Part shown: positions 11,057-21,700 of the stretch, one piece after another | Numbering within the stretch: the first letter of the stretch is position 1 | How the letters are laid out: each line of letters opens with the position of its first letter | IMG/VR virus record: IMGVR_UViG_3300031992_000033 | Coordinates: 1-64,000 of that record | DNA length: 64,000 nucleotides | Strand: one strand, 5' to 3' | From: a virus | Taxonomy: Duplodnaviria > Caudoviricetes | Made by a program: the position numbers and the translations under genes | Notes under the pieces: generated by a model | Databases searched by the model: none | The model's input: only the letters and a program-made list of their open reading frames with translations | What the model was told of the DNA's origin: nothing

Positions 11057-11398
11057 ATGAAGAAACGCAAAACACAAACATTTAAACAATATACAAAATC
11101 TTTTGTAACTACCATTACCATTTGTGCGATAGTATGGATTACATGGAGTTATGTACTTGCCACAATTCAATTTTTCACTAGCGGCATGACACAAACACTT
11201 GAATCACTATCTACCAATGTTTGTACTGTCATCATCGGTACAGCGCTTGGTTATATGATTAAGAGTTTTGTTGAAACGTATTGTGAAAAGAAGAGTGAAC
11301 TTGATGCTTTAAGGCACGAAGATGCTGTGAATATGCTGCGTGATGTAGACATGAATATCACTCCTGACGAGATCGTTGGGATGTACAAGAAAATATAA
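11057..11398 (+). CDS. Two-TM membrane protein (holin/antiholin-like)
   Basis: Basic N-terminus and two hydrophobic segments; follows tail genes. Confidence 0.55.
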   Translation: MKKRKTQTFKQYTKSFVTTITICAIVWITWSYVLATIQFFTSGMTQTLESLSTNVCTVIIGTALGYMIKSFVETYCEKKSELDALRHEDAVNMLRDVDMNITPDEIVGMYKKI

Positions 11399-11402
11399 AT
11401 GG

Positions 11403-11428
11403 AGGCTGGGTTAGATTGCCCAGCCTTT
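11403..11428 (+). terminator. Rho-independent terminator-like hairpin
   Basis: AGGCTGGG-ttagattg-CCCAGCCT followed by TT(AT). Confidence 0.45.
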
Positions 11429-11467
11429 ATAATAAAAAAGTCTCGGAGAAAGGAGGTAATGACATTC

Positions 11468-11773
11468 ATGGAACTATCTATGACAAGTATTATCACGGCG
11501 CTTATTGCTGCCACCGCGTCTGTTATTGTTAGCATTATCAACAACATATCACAGATGCAAAAGATCAGAGATGAACAAAGGGAAACATTTAATAGATTTA
11601 GTGCCGAAACTGGCAAGGCTATGGCTCTTACAGATGAGCGCATAAAGAACCTAACAGATGAAGTTAAGAAGCACAACTCTATTGTTGAAAGGATGTATAA
11701 GGTAGAGCAAAATCAAGCGGTATTCGAAAAAGAACTAGAGGATTTAAGAAACGATGTTAGACAAGTTAGTTAA
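11468..11773 (+). CDS. Single-TM coiled-coil protein typical of Firmicute phage lysis modules
   Basis: AAGGAGGT RBS; N-terminal TM; L..EV.KHN...ER.Y.VE motif. Confidence 0.65.
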   Translation: MELSMTSIITALIAATASVIVSIINNISQMQKIRDEQRETFNRFSAETGKAMALTDERIKNLTDEVKKHNSIVERMYKVEQNQAVFEKELEDLRNDVRQVS

Positions 11774-11981
11774 TGCAATAAATATAATTGTTGCAATAGG
11801 CAACATTGTAGATCTATTTTTATTTCCGCTTGCAATCTATCAATGGAATTGGGAACGAGGAGATCCTCGTCTCGTGCTTCTTGGCTATTTATCCATGTTT
11901 TTTATTGGATGGATGACTAGCACTTATATTATGTTTTTGTTTAAAGAAAAGAGAGGACAAAAAAATGAAGAAAATTATTGA
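11754..11981 (+). CDS. Small two-TM membrane protein
   Basis: 75 aa with two hydrophobic helices; overlaps both neighbours. Confidence 0.5.
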   Translation: MLDKLVNAINIIVAIGNIVDLFLFPLAIYQWNWERGDPRLVLLGYLSMFFIGWMTSTYIMFLFKEKRGQKNEENY

Positions 11982-12270
11982 CTGGTTTAAGAATCACATT
12001 GCAGATATTCTTATTATTCTCGGAGCAATCAGTGCTCTGCTTGTTAATTTACAGTCTGCTGGAATCGTAACTCCTTGGATTCCTATCACTATCGCTATTA
12101 TTGCGGTAATAATTGAAGTACTTAAGTACGGCATTAGCGAGAAGGCTATTAAGTTGATTACGGAGGCTGTGCTTATTATCCTTGAAGCAATACGCAATAA
12201 GGATGCAGAGGCTGTTGGAGCATCCAGTGTAGACGTTGAAGCAAGGCTTAGAAAGGCGCTTAAGAAATGA
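11965..12270 (+). CDS. Putative holin
   Basis: 101 aa, two TM segments, basic C-terminus (RLRKALKK), ATGA overlap with the next gene. Confidence 0.6.
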   Translation: MKKIIDWFKNHIADILIILGAISALLVNLQSAGIVTPWIPITIAIIAVIIEVLKYGISEKAIKLITEAVLIILEAIRNKDAEAVGASSVDVEARLRKALKK

Positions 12271-13163
12271 TAAATTATAAGGAACAGTACGGACATACCA
12301 ATTGTGCGTTTGCCGATCCTTATGACCGCCGTGATTGGAAATTTAAAGACAGTGTGTTTGCGGTATCTCCTAAAGGAATACCTGACAACTACCAGACTAA
12401 GGATTCTCCGTTTACGTACGATCAAGGTAGCACAATGATGTGTGCAGCATGTGCCTATAGTTTTATCCGCTTTTTACAGGAAAGAGAGGTGGGGCAAAGT
12501 GAACTCACTGAGCCACTGAGTCCCGCCTTTACATATTGCAATAGACCAGATGAAGAGGCTATGGAGGGAATGTATCTTAAATCTCCACTTAGAAACGGCA
12601 AGAATGGATCTATTCTATTCGCAGAGTTTCCTGACTACGGCACATTAAGTACACTTAAAATTAAATTTGATGCCAACAAAATCTCTTGGATGAAAAAGGC
12701 TAAGCCCTTTGCTATTAATTCATATTATGAATGCAATAGCCGTAAAGAGGTACAACAGGCGATAATGAATACTGGTGCTGTTCTTATTGGTATTCAGGTG
12801 TATGATTGCTTCTATGCCCCTGACAAAAACGGACATATTGATTATGATCCTAACAAAGATTATAGAAGTGATGGCGGTCATGCTTTAGCGGTGTATGGCT
12901 GGAAAACGGACAAGAACGGCAAATTGTGGTGGCTTGTCAAGAACTCTTGGGGTGAAGACTACGGCGTTAAAGGATCGTGCTGGCTGCCCGAAGAATACCC
13001 TTGGATGCAAAATGCCTATGCCGCAGTAGACAGCACAATGGAAATGAAATTCCAGCAGTATATGGAAAAATTCTACGGAGATGGAAAAGAGGTAGAATCC
13101 TCTTTTTTTAATTTTGTGAAGAAACTGATTATAAAGATAAAATTATTCTTTGGAATAAAATAA
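12267..13163 (+). CDS. Papain-family (C1) cysteine peptidase
   Basis: DQGSTMMCAA (oxyanion Q, catalytic C), GGHALAVYGW (H), VKNSWG (N). Confidence 0.9.
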   Translation: MINYKEQYGHTNCAFADPYDRRDWKFKDSVFAVSPKGIPDNYQTKDSPFTYDQGSTMMCAACAYSFIRFLQEREVGQSELTEPLSPAFTYCNRPDEEAMEGMYLKSPLRNGKNGSILFAEFPDYGTLSTLKIKFDANKISWMKKAKPFAINSYYECNSRKEVQQAIMNTGAVLIGIQVYDCFYAPDKNGHIDYDPNKDYRSDGGHALAVYGWKTDKNGKLWWLVKNSWGEDYGVKGSCWLPEEYPWMQNAYAAVDSTMEMKFQQYMEKFYGDGKEVESSFFNFVKKLIIKIKLFFGIK

Positions 13164-13166
13164 ATT

Positions 13167-13200
13167 AATGCCATAGTCAATTACGACTATGGCATTTTTT
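13167..13200. terminator. Terminator at the convergence of + strand and - strand transcription
   Basis: AATGCCATAGTC-aattac-GACTATGGCATT 12-bp stem plus T-tract. Confidence 0.85.
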
Positions 13201-13207
13201 GTGAGAG

Positions 13208-13600
13208 TTAGTTTTGCTCTCCAAGTATTTTATTAAACGCAACTGCTACATCATAAGGTATTGTGTTCATCTGCTTTATCTTGTATAATACTTGTGCCGC
13301 AAATCTTTTCTTGTTTACCTCTTCATCATCAATGTATGATTCGCGGGGTGTACAAAATTCTCTCTTCTGATCTTCATTAAGATCCCAAAGATAAAAGAAA
13401 CCAGAATGTGAACCATAATCAATTACCAAAACATCCATATTGTTATCAAAATTAACATTATAATATCTAACAGACGCACGATTTCTTATATAGTTATAAA
13501 CGTCTTGAATTGTCTCGGGTTCATAAATTACTTCTAATTCTTTAATTGTGGGATCTACTGGATCTCTTGGATAGTATCTTTCTTCAAATGCGAGTTTCAT
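13208..13600 (-). CDS. Hypothetical protein
   Basis: 130 aa, AAGGAG RBS. Confidence 0.65.
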   Translation of the reverse strand: MKLAFEERYYPRDPVDPTIKELEVIYEPETIQDVYNYIRNRASVRYYNVNFDNNMDVLVIDYGSHSGFFYLWDLNEDQKREFCTPRESYIDDEEVNKKRFAAQVLYKIKQMNTIPYDVAVAFNKILGEQN

Positions 13601-13617
13601 TATTTATTGTCTCCTTT

Positions 13618-15927
13618 TTATGTCTTATATCCTCTCATCTTTTGACTGTGCTTATAGCGATCCTCTACCTCTGCTTGCTTGCCAAGGTTAAACGCTGTCT
13701 TATAATCTCCTGTTAAATACCCTGTTACCCTACGCAATCTATCAATGTGTTTACTGCCACACTGAGGACATTCTTCGTCTATAAGTCCAGTGTAACCACA
13801 ATCTCTACATAAGTCGTTTGGTACGTTTACAGCGAAATAAGGAATGTCATGATCCATAGCATAGTTTACTACAGTTTCAAGTGCCTGTATATTATCAATA
13901 ACTGCCGCGTCAAATTCAACATAGGTAATGCATCCCGCCGAACTATACCCCGTCAATTGACTTTCAATATCAATCTTCTCAAACGGAGATATCTCTTTCC
14001 ATACGGGAACGTGTATTGAATTAGTGAAATAATCTCTGTCAGACACATTAGGAATCTTTCCGTATTTAGCCTGAAACTTCTTCATAGCGGTATAACAAAG
14101 ATTTTCTGCGGGAGTCATATATACACCGAAATTAAGTTTATACTCTTCTTTAAATTCAGCGCAACGATCCTTAAATAACTGCTCAATCTGTTTTGCAAGA
14201 ACCATTCCTTCTTCTGTTGTATGGTCACAACCAATAAGAATCTGTAAAGTTTCTGCAAGTCCTATCTGTCCTATAGCAAGAGTCCCATGTTTAAGTGCGC
14301 TACGAATACCTTCTTCGGGTACGTATCCAGCCATAATATTATTCTCATACATAAACTTTGCGGACGCTGGATCTTGACTACATATATAATCAAAACGCTC
14401 AATAAGTATATCCTTAGCATCATGGATCATTTTGTCAAGAGAAAGCATAAATATATTCATTAAATTTAAATTAAATGTTGCCTCTTCCATTTTATTTTTA
14501 AATTCAAATCTTTCCTTCTCTTTTTCGAAAAATTCCCTTGCCTCCATTGCTATTGTAGGAAGAATAATAGTTACAGGGCAGATATTTCCTCTACCATCTT
14601 TGAGTTGACCAAAACCATTAATATCGTATCCATTAGCGGTTCTGCATCCCATGGTGCTAAAGAATGTCCTAGGGTCATTCCTATCATATCCAGCATTTCC
14701 ACTCCAATCACAATTAGCATAGTTTGGATATAATCTCTTTGCCGTGGACTTAAGTGCTAATTTATATAAGTCGTAGTTAGGATCTCCCTCTTTTCTATTA
14801 ACGCCTCTCATAAGTTGGAAGATGCCGCAAGGGAAGATACTTGTTTTATGATATTTGCCCACACCTTTAATACTACCCTCAAGAAGAGCCTTGACGATCA
14901 TTCTACCCTCAGGTAATGTGCAAGTTCCATAGTTAATTGAGGTGAACGGCAATTGATTTCCGCTTCGAGATTGGAGAGTGTTAAGGTTATGATACATCGC
15001 TTCGACTGCTTGATACGTTTCCTTAATTGTCATATCCATAGCGTATTGATATGCTTTGGTAAACATCTTATATTCTGGGGCATCAATACTCATTTCTTCT
15101 ACAGATCTCCAAGTATCTATAACCCCATCACTTGTTTCTTTAGATATACTTGCATTTTCTATATAATACATTCCATCTTTGAAATGTTTTCTAAAACTTT
15201 TTCTCACATATGGAATCATCGTCCAGTCTAAATGACTTGCTGATACGCCGCCAAACTGCTGTAATGATTGTAACTGGAAGATTACGGCAACTAATTGAAA
15301 GGCTGTGCTAACGCTATTAGCGGGACGTATATCTGCCTGTCTCGTATTAAATCCATTTGCGAGTAGATCATCGAAGGGAATAGTAAGGCAATTATGATTT
15401 CCTACAGGATAATTATCAAGGTCGTGAGTGTAAATTTCATTGTTTAAATGTCTTAATCTAGCCTTATCAGACATAAGATAATCAAGCGCATATTTTTTCA
15501 TAAGTACACTTTCGGCTTCTCCTTTACGTCCTCCGAAAGATTTTTCATCGACATTAGCGTTTTGATTGTCTACGCTTGAAGCCATAATCTTACGCGTGAC
15601 TTCTTTCATAAAGTCTGCGTTATATTCTCTAGATCGTGTTCTTTTATTTCTATACAGAATATACTTCTTTGCCACGTCCTTATAACGCGACGCCATAAGT
15701 TTATTCTCAATTATATCCTGTATTTCCTCCACAGATAACATCTTGTGATCCTTAACATTCCAAGAATCATAACTTAATTTTTCAATGCTGTCTGCTACCT
15801 GATCAGCAAACTTAACAAACTCGTCGGTAACTTCTCCCCTTGCGCCCTCAAAGGCTTTTTCCATAGCAGCAGTTATCTTTCTTTTATCGAACTCCTGTTC
15901 TCTCCCATCACGCTTAATTAGTTTCAT
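13618..15927 (-). CDS. nrdD: Anaerobic (class III) ribonucleoside-triphosphate reductase
   Basis: N-terminal ATP cone (IKRDG..FD..KI), NCLT, MGCR, TPAENL, YFTNS, C-terminal CxxC..CxxC and RRVTGYL glycyl-radical motif. Confidence 0.97.
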   Translation of the reverse strand: MKLIKRDGREQEFDKRKITAAMEKAFEGARGEVTDEFVKFADQVADSIEKLSYDSWNVKDHKMLSVEEIQDIIENKLMASRYKDVAKKYILYRNKRTRSREYNADFMKEVTRKIMASSVDNQNANVDEKSFGGRKGEAESVLMKKYALDYLMSDKARLRHLNNEIYTHDLDNYPVGNHNCLTIPFDDLLANGFNTRQADIRPANSVSTAFQLVAVIFQLQSLQQFGGVSASHLDWTMIPYVRKSFRKHFKDGMYYIENASISKETSDGVIDTWRSVEEMSIDAPEYKMFTKAYQYAMDMTIKETYQAVEAMYHNLNTLQSRSGNQLPFTSINYGTCTLPEGRMIVKALLEGSIKGVGKYHKTSIFPCGIFQLMRGVNRKEGDPNYDLYKLALKSTAKRLYPNYANCDWSGNAGYDRNDPRTFFSTMGCRTANGYDINGFGQLKDGRGNICPVTIILPTIAMEAREFFEKEKERFEFKNKMEEATFNLNLMNIFMLSLDKMIHDAKDILIERFDYICSQDPASAKFMYENNIMAGYVPEEGIRSALKHGTLAIGQIGLAETLQILIGCDHTTEEGMVLAKQIEQLFKDRCAEFKEEYKLNFGVYMTPAENLCYTAMKKFQAKYGKIPNVSDRDYFTNSIHVPVWKEISPFEKIDIESQLTGYSSAGCITYVEFDAAVIDNIQALETVVNYAMDHDIPYFAVNVPNDLCRDCGYTGLIDEECPQCGSKHIDRLRRVTGYLTGDYKTAFNLGKQAEVEDRYKHSQKMRGYKT

Positions 15928-16013
15928 CCATAGCAGCCTCCTTCAATTAATTATATCCTTTTCGTCCGTATATTCTTCTGGATTGTATATCCCAGTATTC
16001 CTAATTAGATAAA

Positions 16014-16042
16014 GATAGGGCGAGATTTTCTCCCGCCCTATC
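16014..16042 (-). terminator. Hairpin in the nrdD upstream region
   Basis: Minus strand GATAGGGCG...CGCCCTATC followed by TTTAT. Confidence 0.5.
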
Positions 16043-16183
16043 GGAGGAACAAGTCAATAATATAGATTTAACATTGTGTGTTTTGTCAAGTTCTAATGGC
16101 TTTGACCCTTTTCCTAAAAATCTTGTTCCCTATGTCTTCCGACACTATTATAATAACATATTTCAACCCAAAAGTCAAGTGTT

Positions 16184-17731
16184 TTAGATAGGAAATGTGG
16201 TAATAATTACTGACCCATGAAACCTATCGTAATATCCCTGACAACACTGCGCTCTTCTTGCCTGATTCTGAGCGCTTTGATCGGCGGGTTTTTCAAACTG
16301 GAGGAGGACAATATTGCTTGCCTCTGCCACTGACTTAGCGGCAAAAAGACCTTTCCACACTCCCGCGTATTTTGTCTGCAATTCCTGTGTAAGATATGTC
16401 AACTGAAGATTGATATCGCAAATTGACATTTTACACTGTTTTGCGAGATTAAGAAGTCCTTGCTTTCTTGTGTAATATGTCCACTGAGCAAGTCCATAGC
16501 CAGCACCATCATGTACAAAGTTCTTATATGTCCCGTTGTCAACGGCTGCGGTGTACTGTTTATCATCCATGCCTAACGACTTCTCAAATGAGTTCTGTAA
16601 ATTATTAGGTCTAATCGCACTCTCCATAGAAATGTTGCCGATTAAACCAGCCACACCATACTCAGGCATTCCCAACGTCCTGAAGAAATCCCAAAACGCC
16701 TTTGAATAATCGGCGTAAGGATCGGGTGGATTATAGGGTGAAGGAATAGGCGTAGGGATAGGCTGAGGCTGTCCGCCATCCAGCACGTTAATGGTGTTCA
16801 TATCGCAGTTACCCGTTACTGGGATACCATGTTTACTCTGGAAATCCCTTACAGCATTTGTAGTTGCTGGACCATACGATCCATCAACAGCAAGTCCATA
16901 CTTATAAGTATTAAGTTGCCACTGAATCCACTTAACAGATTCCCCCTTAGAGCCACTATTTACAGGGCTAGTGGGTTTCTTGTAAGGATTTGTGGGTGTA
17001 GGCAGAGGCGCGGGCTGCTCGCCATTAAGACGCCTATTTACTTCTAAACAGATATTTCCCATGAGCGCCTTTAAATACGGACCACAACACGCGGTTGCCG
17101 CAAAATCGGAGTGGATCGTAACATTGCATCCGTTCACATGATTTACCCTGTTGTTCTTGTTATTAGAATAAACAAGTTGTTTAATACCATTACGCTTACA
17201 AACATCTACTACGAGATCAATAGTCTTTGCAAGAGCGGCATCTGATACAGTCCAATAGGGAGCAAGTGTATCATTTGCTACTTCGATTGTACACGCACGG
17301 AAATCATTATACTTACTACTGGACGTGAAGGCTCTATTTTCTTCTCCTACGTAGCCAGCACATCTTCCGTCCGTGCCAACTCCGTAATTAGAAGAACCTT
17401 GACGGCTAGGATTAGCAAAGATTTTACCACAAGTTTCCACTGTAAGATTGCCAGCCATGTGGTGAATGGTAATTGTGTCAAGTTTGTTATTCTTTACTCC
17501 GTATTGAGCCGCACTTGATCTGGGATGATAATTAGGGCTTTTAATAATTACGTCACAAAGGGGAGAGAAAACATCGTTTGTAGCGCCGACAATTGCATCT
17601 CCGTATGCGCCTACGATTAATTCTTCTCCTTCTTCAAGACCATTGCTGAGTTCTTCAAGGGCTGTATCGGGTATCATTTCTACGCCCATAATAAGTTCAG
17701 CACTCTCAAGATCTTTTTCTTTAATCTTCAT
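16184..17731 (-). CDS. Endolysin/cell-wall hydrolase: Amidase_2 + PG-binding_1 + phage tail lysozyme-like domain
   Basis: ITIHHMAG...SSNYGV...TIEVAN...HSDFAATACCG; GESVKWIQWQL..VDGSYGPAT..AVRDFQ; GLIGNISMES...GYGLAQWT...FEKPAD. Confidence 0.9.
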   Translation of the reverse strand: MKIKEKDLESAELIMGVEMIPDTALEELSNGLEEGEELIVGAYGDAIVGATNDVFSPLCDVIIKSPNYHPRSSAAQYGVKNNKLDTITIHHMAGNLTVETCGKIFANPSRQGSSNYGVGTDGRCAGYVGEENRAFTSSSKYNDFRACTIEVANDTLAPYWTVSDAALAKTIDLVVDVCKRNGIKQLVYSNNKNNRVNHVNGCNVTIHSDFAATACCGPYLKALMGNICLEVNRRLNGEQPAPLPTPTNPYKKPTSPVNSGSKGESVKWIQWQLNTYKYGLAVDGSYGPATTNAVRDFQSKHGIPVTGNCDMNTINVLDGGQPQPIPTPIPSPYNPPDPYADYSKAFWDFFRTLGMPEYGVAGLIGNISMESAIRPNNLQNSFEKSLGMDDKQYTAAVDNGTYKNFVHDGAGYGLAQWTYYTRKQGLLNLAKQCKMSICDINLQLTYLTQELQTKYAGVWKGLFAAKSVAEASNIVLLQFEKPADQSAQNQARRAQCCQGYYDRFHGSVIITTFPI

Positions 17732-18335
17732 CTATTTCCTCCTTTGGTATTGATTCTTTTAAAAAAGTCATCAGGCTCTGATCAAATCCGAGCACATCAG
17801 AAACTTCCTCAAACAACTTACCAAGACTAGACCTATCCATTATAGCAATGTCTATATCTCCGTCTACGTCGTTACCGCTCTCAATGGTTTTGCCATATAA
17901 GATATCGTCGTCAACCGAAAAAGGTCTAACCCATAATGATTCAAAACGAATTTCCCCATCGACATATGTGCCAACTGGTATGAGTAAATCATCAACAAAA
18001 AACTTGGCTCTGTAGGGGTCGAGGTTCTTGTTGTTTCTAACGGCAACAATCCAGTCGGGAGTATATGATTCCTCAACAGCATTAGCGAGTTTGTTCATAT
18101 CTTCCGTAACATCATCATATACTTCAACTACCATATCCACCGTACATCTTATTGTGGTTAAACCAAAAGGAAGTATTGTCATTTTGTCGTCAGCAACAAT
18201 CCCGTAACATTTAATACACATGCCACACTGTGTATCTATGTAACAATATCCTATGATATATTTATTATCATCAGTTTTAATTTTTATAAAGTGCCCAACT
18301 ATTTCTCTGAAATTGTATTCATTAATTGGTTTCAT
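17721..18335 (-). CDS. Hypothetical protein
   Basis: GGAGG RBS before MKPINEY; ATGA overlap with the upstream gene. Confidence 0.65.
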   Translation of the reverse strand: MKPINEYNFREIVGHFIKIKTDDNKYIIGYCYIDTQCGMCIKCYGIVADDKMTILPFGLTTIRCTVDMVVEVYDDVTEDMNKLANAVEESYTPDWIVAVRNNKNLDPYRAKFFVDDLLIPVGTYVDGEIRFESLWVRPFSVDDDILYGKTIESGNDVDGDIDIAIMDRSSLGKLFEEVSDVLGFDQSLMTFLKESIPKEEIDED

Positions 18336-18655
18336 AATACCTCCGTTGTACATAGTGTACCATTATCTGCTAATACTGTTAGATTTAAATCTATCTCCGC
18401 GTCGCGAGATTCAATGAGGCGTATATCATCACGGCAATATATCGGACTAGATTCTAATGTTATATCTACGCTATTTAAAAAGCATTTTTGAGTAACTACT
18501 ATCCCTCTTCTTGGATCTTTTATCTTAAGATAGAAAGGTTCATAACCTATTTGCATACAAGTTAAATCAAAATAACTAGTTCCGCAGTAAGGACATTTAT
18601 TTAATTTAACATCATATGGTGCTCCGCAATTGGGACAGTTTCGATTTTCTGCCAT
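18332..18655 (-). CDS. Zinc-ribbon protein
   Basis: CPNCGAP...CPYCGTSY. Confidence 0.7.
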   Translation of the reverse strand: MAENRNCPNCGAPYDVKLNKCPYCGTSYFDLTCMQIGYEPFYLKIKDPRRGIVVTQKCFLNSVDITLESSPIYCRDDIRLIESRDAEIDLNLTVLADNGTLCTTEVL

Positions 18656-18680
18656 AATTCATCCTTTCTTGGCACTTATT

Positions 18681-18709
18681 ATTATATCATATTGACACAT
18701 CTATGTCAA
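18681..18709 (-). promoter_or_regulatory. sigmaA-type promoter
   Basis: TTGACA-17-TATAAT with TG extension. Confidence 0.8.
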
Positions 18710-21700
18710 GTTTTGTGGCGTGTAACAGGAGTTATTTTACTTATAATTGTTTCTGTTTCGCCAGTCTTTTCAAACTTGGGCTTGTGGGTCTTCGGATCTT
18801 CTCCAATCTTGCGCCACTTAGGAGATTCGGTGTACTCGTCCACCTTAAATACATCACCCTTTTCTATGTTATAATGCTTGTCAATTTTAATCTTCGTAGA
18901 TGTGCCGTCGCAAATCTGATACAGGGTTAAAATGTTATTGTTATATCCTTCCACATCGCAAACATAATAATACTGAGGCTTGGCATCAGGGATCACAGTA
19001 TTAACATATCCGAGATATTCTCTTTCATAATCCATTTTTTCGAACGGACTTGTGGGAATGTGCTCACGTTTTGTTGTCCAGTACTTAAGTATTCCTATTA
19101 TGTTTACGCCTGAGTATTGTTTCTCTGTAACTTTTTCTGAATAGGCGGCAATCATGCTGGCAGTTAATCCTAACTCCGCCTCTTCTTTAGATTCACGCTT
19201 GATAGTCTTTCTCTTGCGGAATTTCTCCCACTTGGTTTCTATATCTATCAAGTCGTTAATATCTCCGAACTCAGAAAAGTAATTAAGATATATAAGTATC
19301 TTGACTTGTCTGGTGTCTGCCGACGTATTTGCGGTTATATCTTCGAGAACGTCTATAAAGTCCTCGTATTGATGATCGCGCAAATTATATAATTCTTGAG
19401 AAACCTTTTCAGACATGTAGGTTATAGATGATATTCCTTTATATATTGCGCCCTCTTCCAGACTGAAAGAGTAATCTCCTAAGGAGTGTCTGAATTTAGG
19501 ATTATGTATAGGGATATCTTGCTTTGCCGCATACTGCGTAAGCGCCTGAGTTTTTTCCACATTGTCCTTGTTAATATTAAGAGAACAAGTAAGGAACTGT
19601 AAGGGATAATAATAGCGTAACCAGCCGCACGCATAACCCTCATAACTGTATGGCTCACTGTGATTAAGCGAGAAGAGATAATCAGACGCATCAATTATTA
19701 CTTGCAGAAACGCTGTGATCGCCTGTTCAGCCTCTTCCTTTGACATGCCGTACTTCTTTCCCATAGTAACTACAAACCCGTCTATATAATGCGACGTGTT
19801 ACCATTAAGATAACCACCATCTCTTATAACTGGAATTGCTCCCTCAGTACCAGTTTTTTTTGCGAACATACGTCTTACAACGTCAGCCTCGCCCATTGTA
19901 AATCCACAATATTGATTCAGGAACTCAATGATCTGGCACTGGAATACGAGATAGCCAAATGTGGGTTTAAGGAATTCATCTATAGCATCGTTGCCGCTCT
20001 TTCTTACAACTCCATTTGCTAGGTCGTCACGATATGATGCACCAGCGGGACGAATTGCTGAGTTGCCAATGGTGAGCAACATCATTCTGTCTACGTTCTC
20101 GTCAATCTCTTTAAACTTCTTAATGTTTTCATCAGCAAGAAGTTTCTTAATGTAGCGATCTCCCGTAGAACCTTCCCACTGGAATATACCTACAGTATCG
20201 TCACGTATAGAATTCCAAACATCGACATCGGTTATGTCCATATTGTCTGGATACAACATGTCTATACCAGCCGCTCTACAAGTATCGGAGATAACCTGAA
20301 TAGTATCAAGTTTAAGCAGATCAAGTTTGACGTAGTTCAATCCGTCAATCTCTTTCATGTATATCTGAGATACTGGAAAGGGATCTGTTGAGGTAGTACA
20401 AATACCTATTCTGTCGTCTAATGAATAGGGCGACACGATCATGCCGCAAGGATGATTACCCATGCTTACAATAACGCCCTTGCATATATCAACGTACTTA
20501 AATACTTCGGGGTATTTCTGTCTAGCCTTTTCTTCCGACTTTTCAAAAAGCGCAAGCACTTCGTCGGTGATCTTCATATAGTTTCCGCCAGCCTTATCAA
20601 TGGCGTCCTGTAAATCAGCGGGCATTGATACATCCATATCTCGACCATCATGACCTTCTATACGTTCCATATATTCGTCATATTTTTTCTGCATCTTAGG
20701 ACTCAGTATTGTTCTTAAATCTTCAACTCTATACAAGCCCCTTACCACGTCGCGAATAGCGCCTTTGTCCGCAATGGTGTTGAAGGTAATTATATCGCTA
20801 CAATATAGTCCGTGATGGTTAAACACATAGTCCTTAACTTCATCTATTCTATTAGGCGGAAAGTCGGTATCGATATCGGACAGACTTACTCTTTCTACGT
20901 TCATAAAACGTTCGAAATTAAGTTTATGTTTAATGCTGTCCATCTCTGTAATACCCAGTAACCAAGCGCATATAGATCCGTTTACAGATCCACGACCATA
21001 GCCTATCTGGATATTATTTTCACGACACCAAGTACAAATATCTTCCATAAGAAGCATGAAGTCTATTGCGCCATTGTGCTCATATGCCTTAAGTTCGTAC
21101 TTAACTCTGTCGGCGTATTCGTCCCTGTTGGGAAACTTGTCTACTCCACGGCGCTTGATACCTTCTTTGATTTTTTGAATAAATGTAGCCTTGGGGTTGT
21201 CCCACAGATGAGGGTATTTATAACTCCTGTCAAGTGTAAACTCTTCTATCCTGTCAGCCATTGCGTTTGTGTTTTCAATAGCCTGTAATACCACATCCAT
21301 AGGCAATGAGTTCTGCTTTTCATATGCAGCCACAAGTTCATCATATGTCTTAAACACAAGATCCCATTCTTCTTCATCAGAAAATCTAATGTTTTTAGCC
21401 CTCTGTAATACTAAACGAGCCTCTGCATGCTCTGCATTAAGAGAGTGCGTGTCAGTTCCAGCGATAAGTGGAATGCCGCATTCTTTAGACATTTTATAGA
21501 GATACTGATTATATTCTATTTGCTCCTGTACATTGTGGTGTTGAATTTCAAAATAACATCTATCTTTATTTGCAATGAAAAAGTTTAAAAATCTTTTCTT
21601 AAAATTATCATTACCTTTAGAAAGTGGAGAAGCAAGACAAGCCGATGTAATAATAAGATTGTCGCTGGTTTGTTCCAGTTCCTCCATAGATATACGGGGA

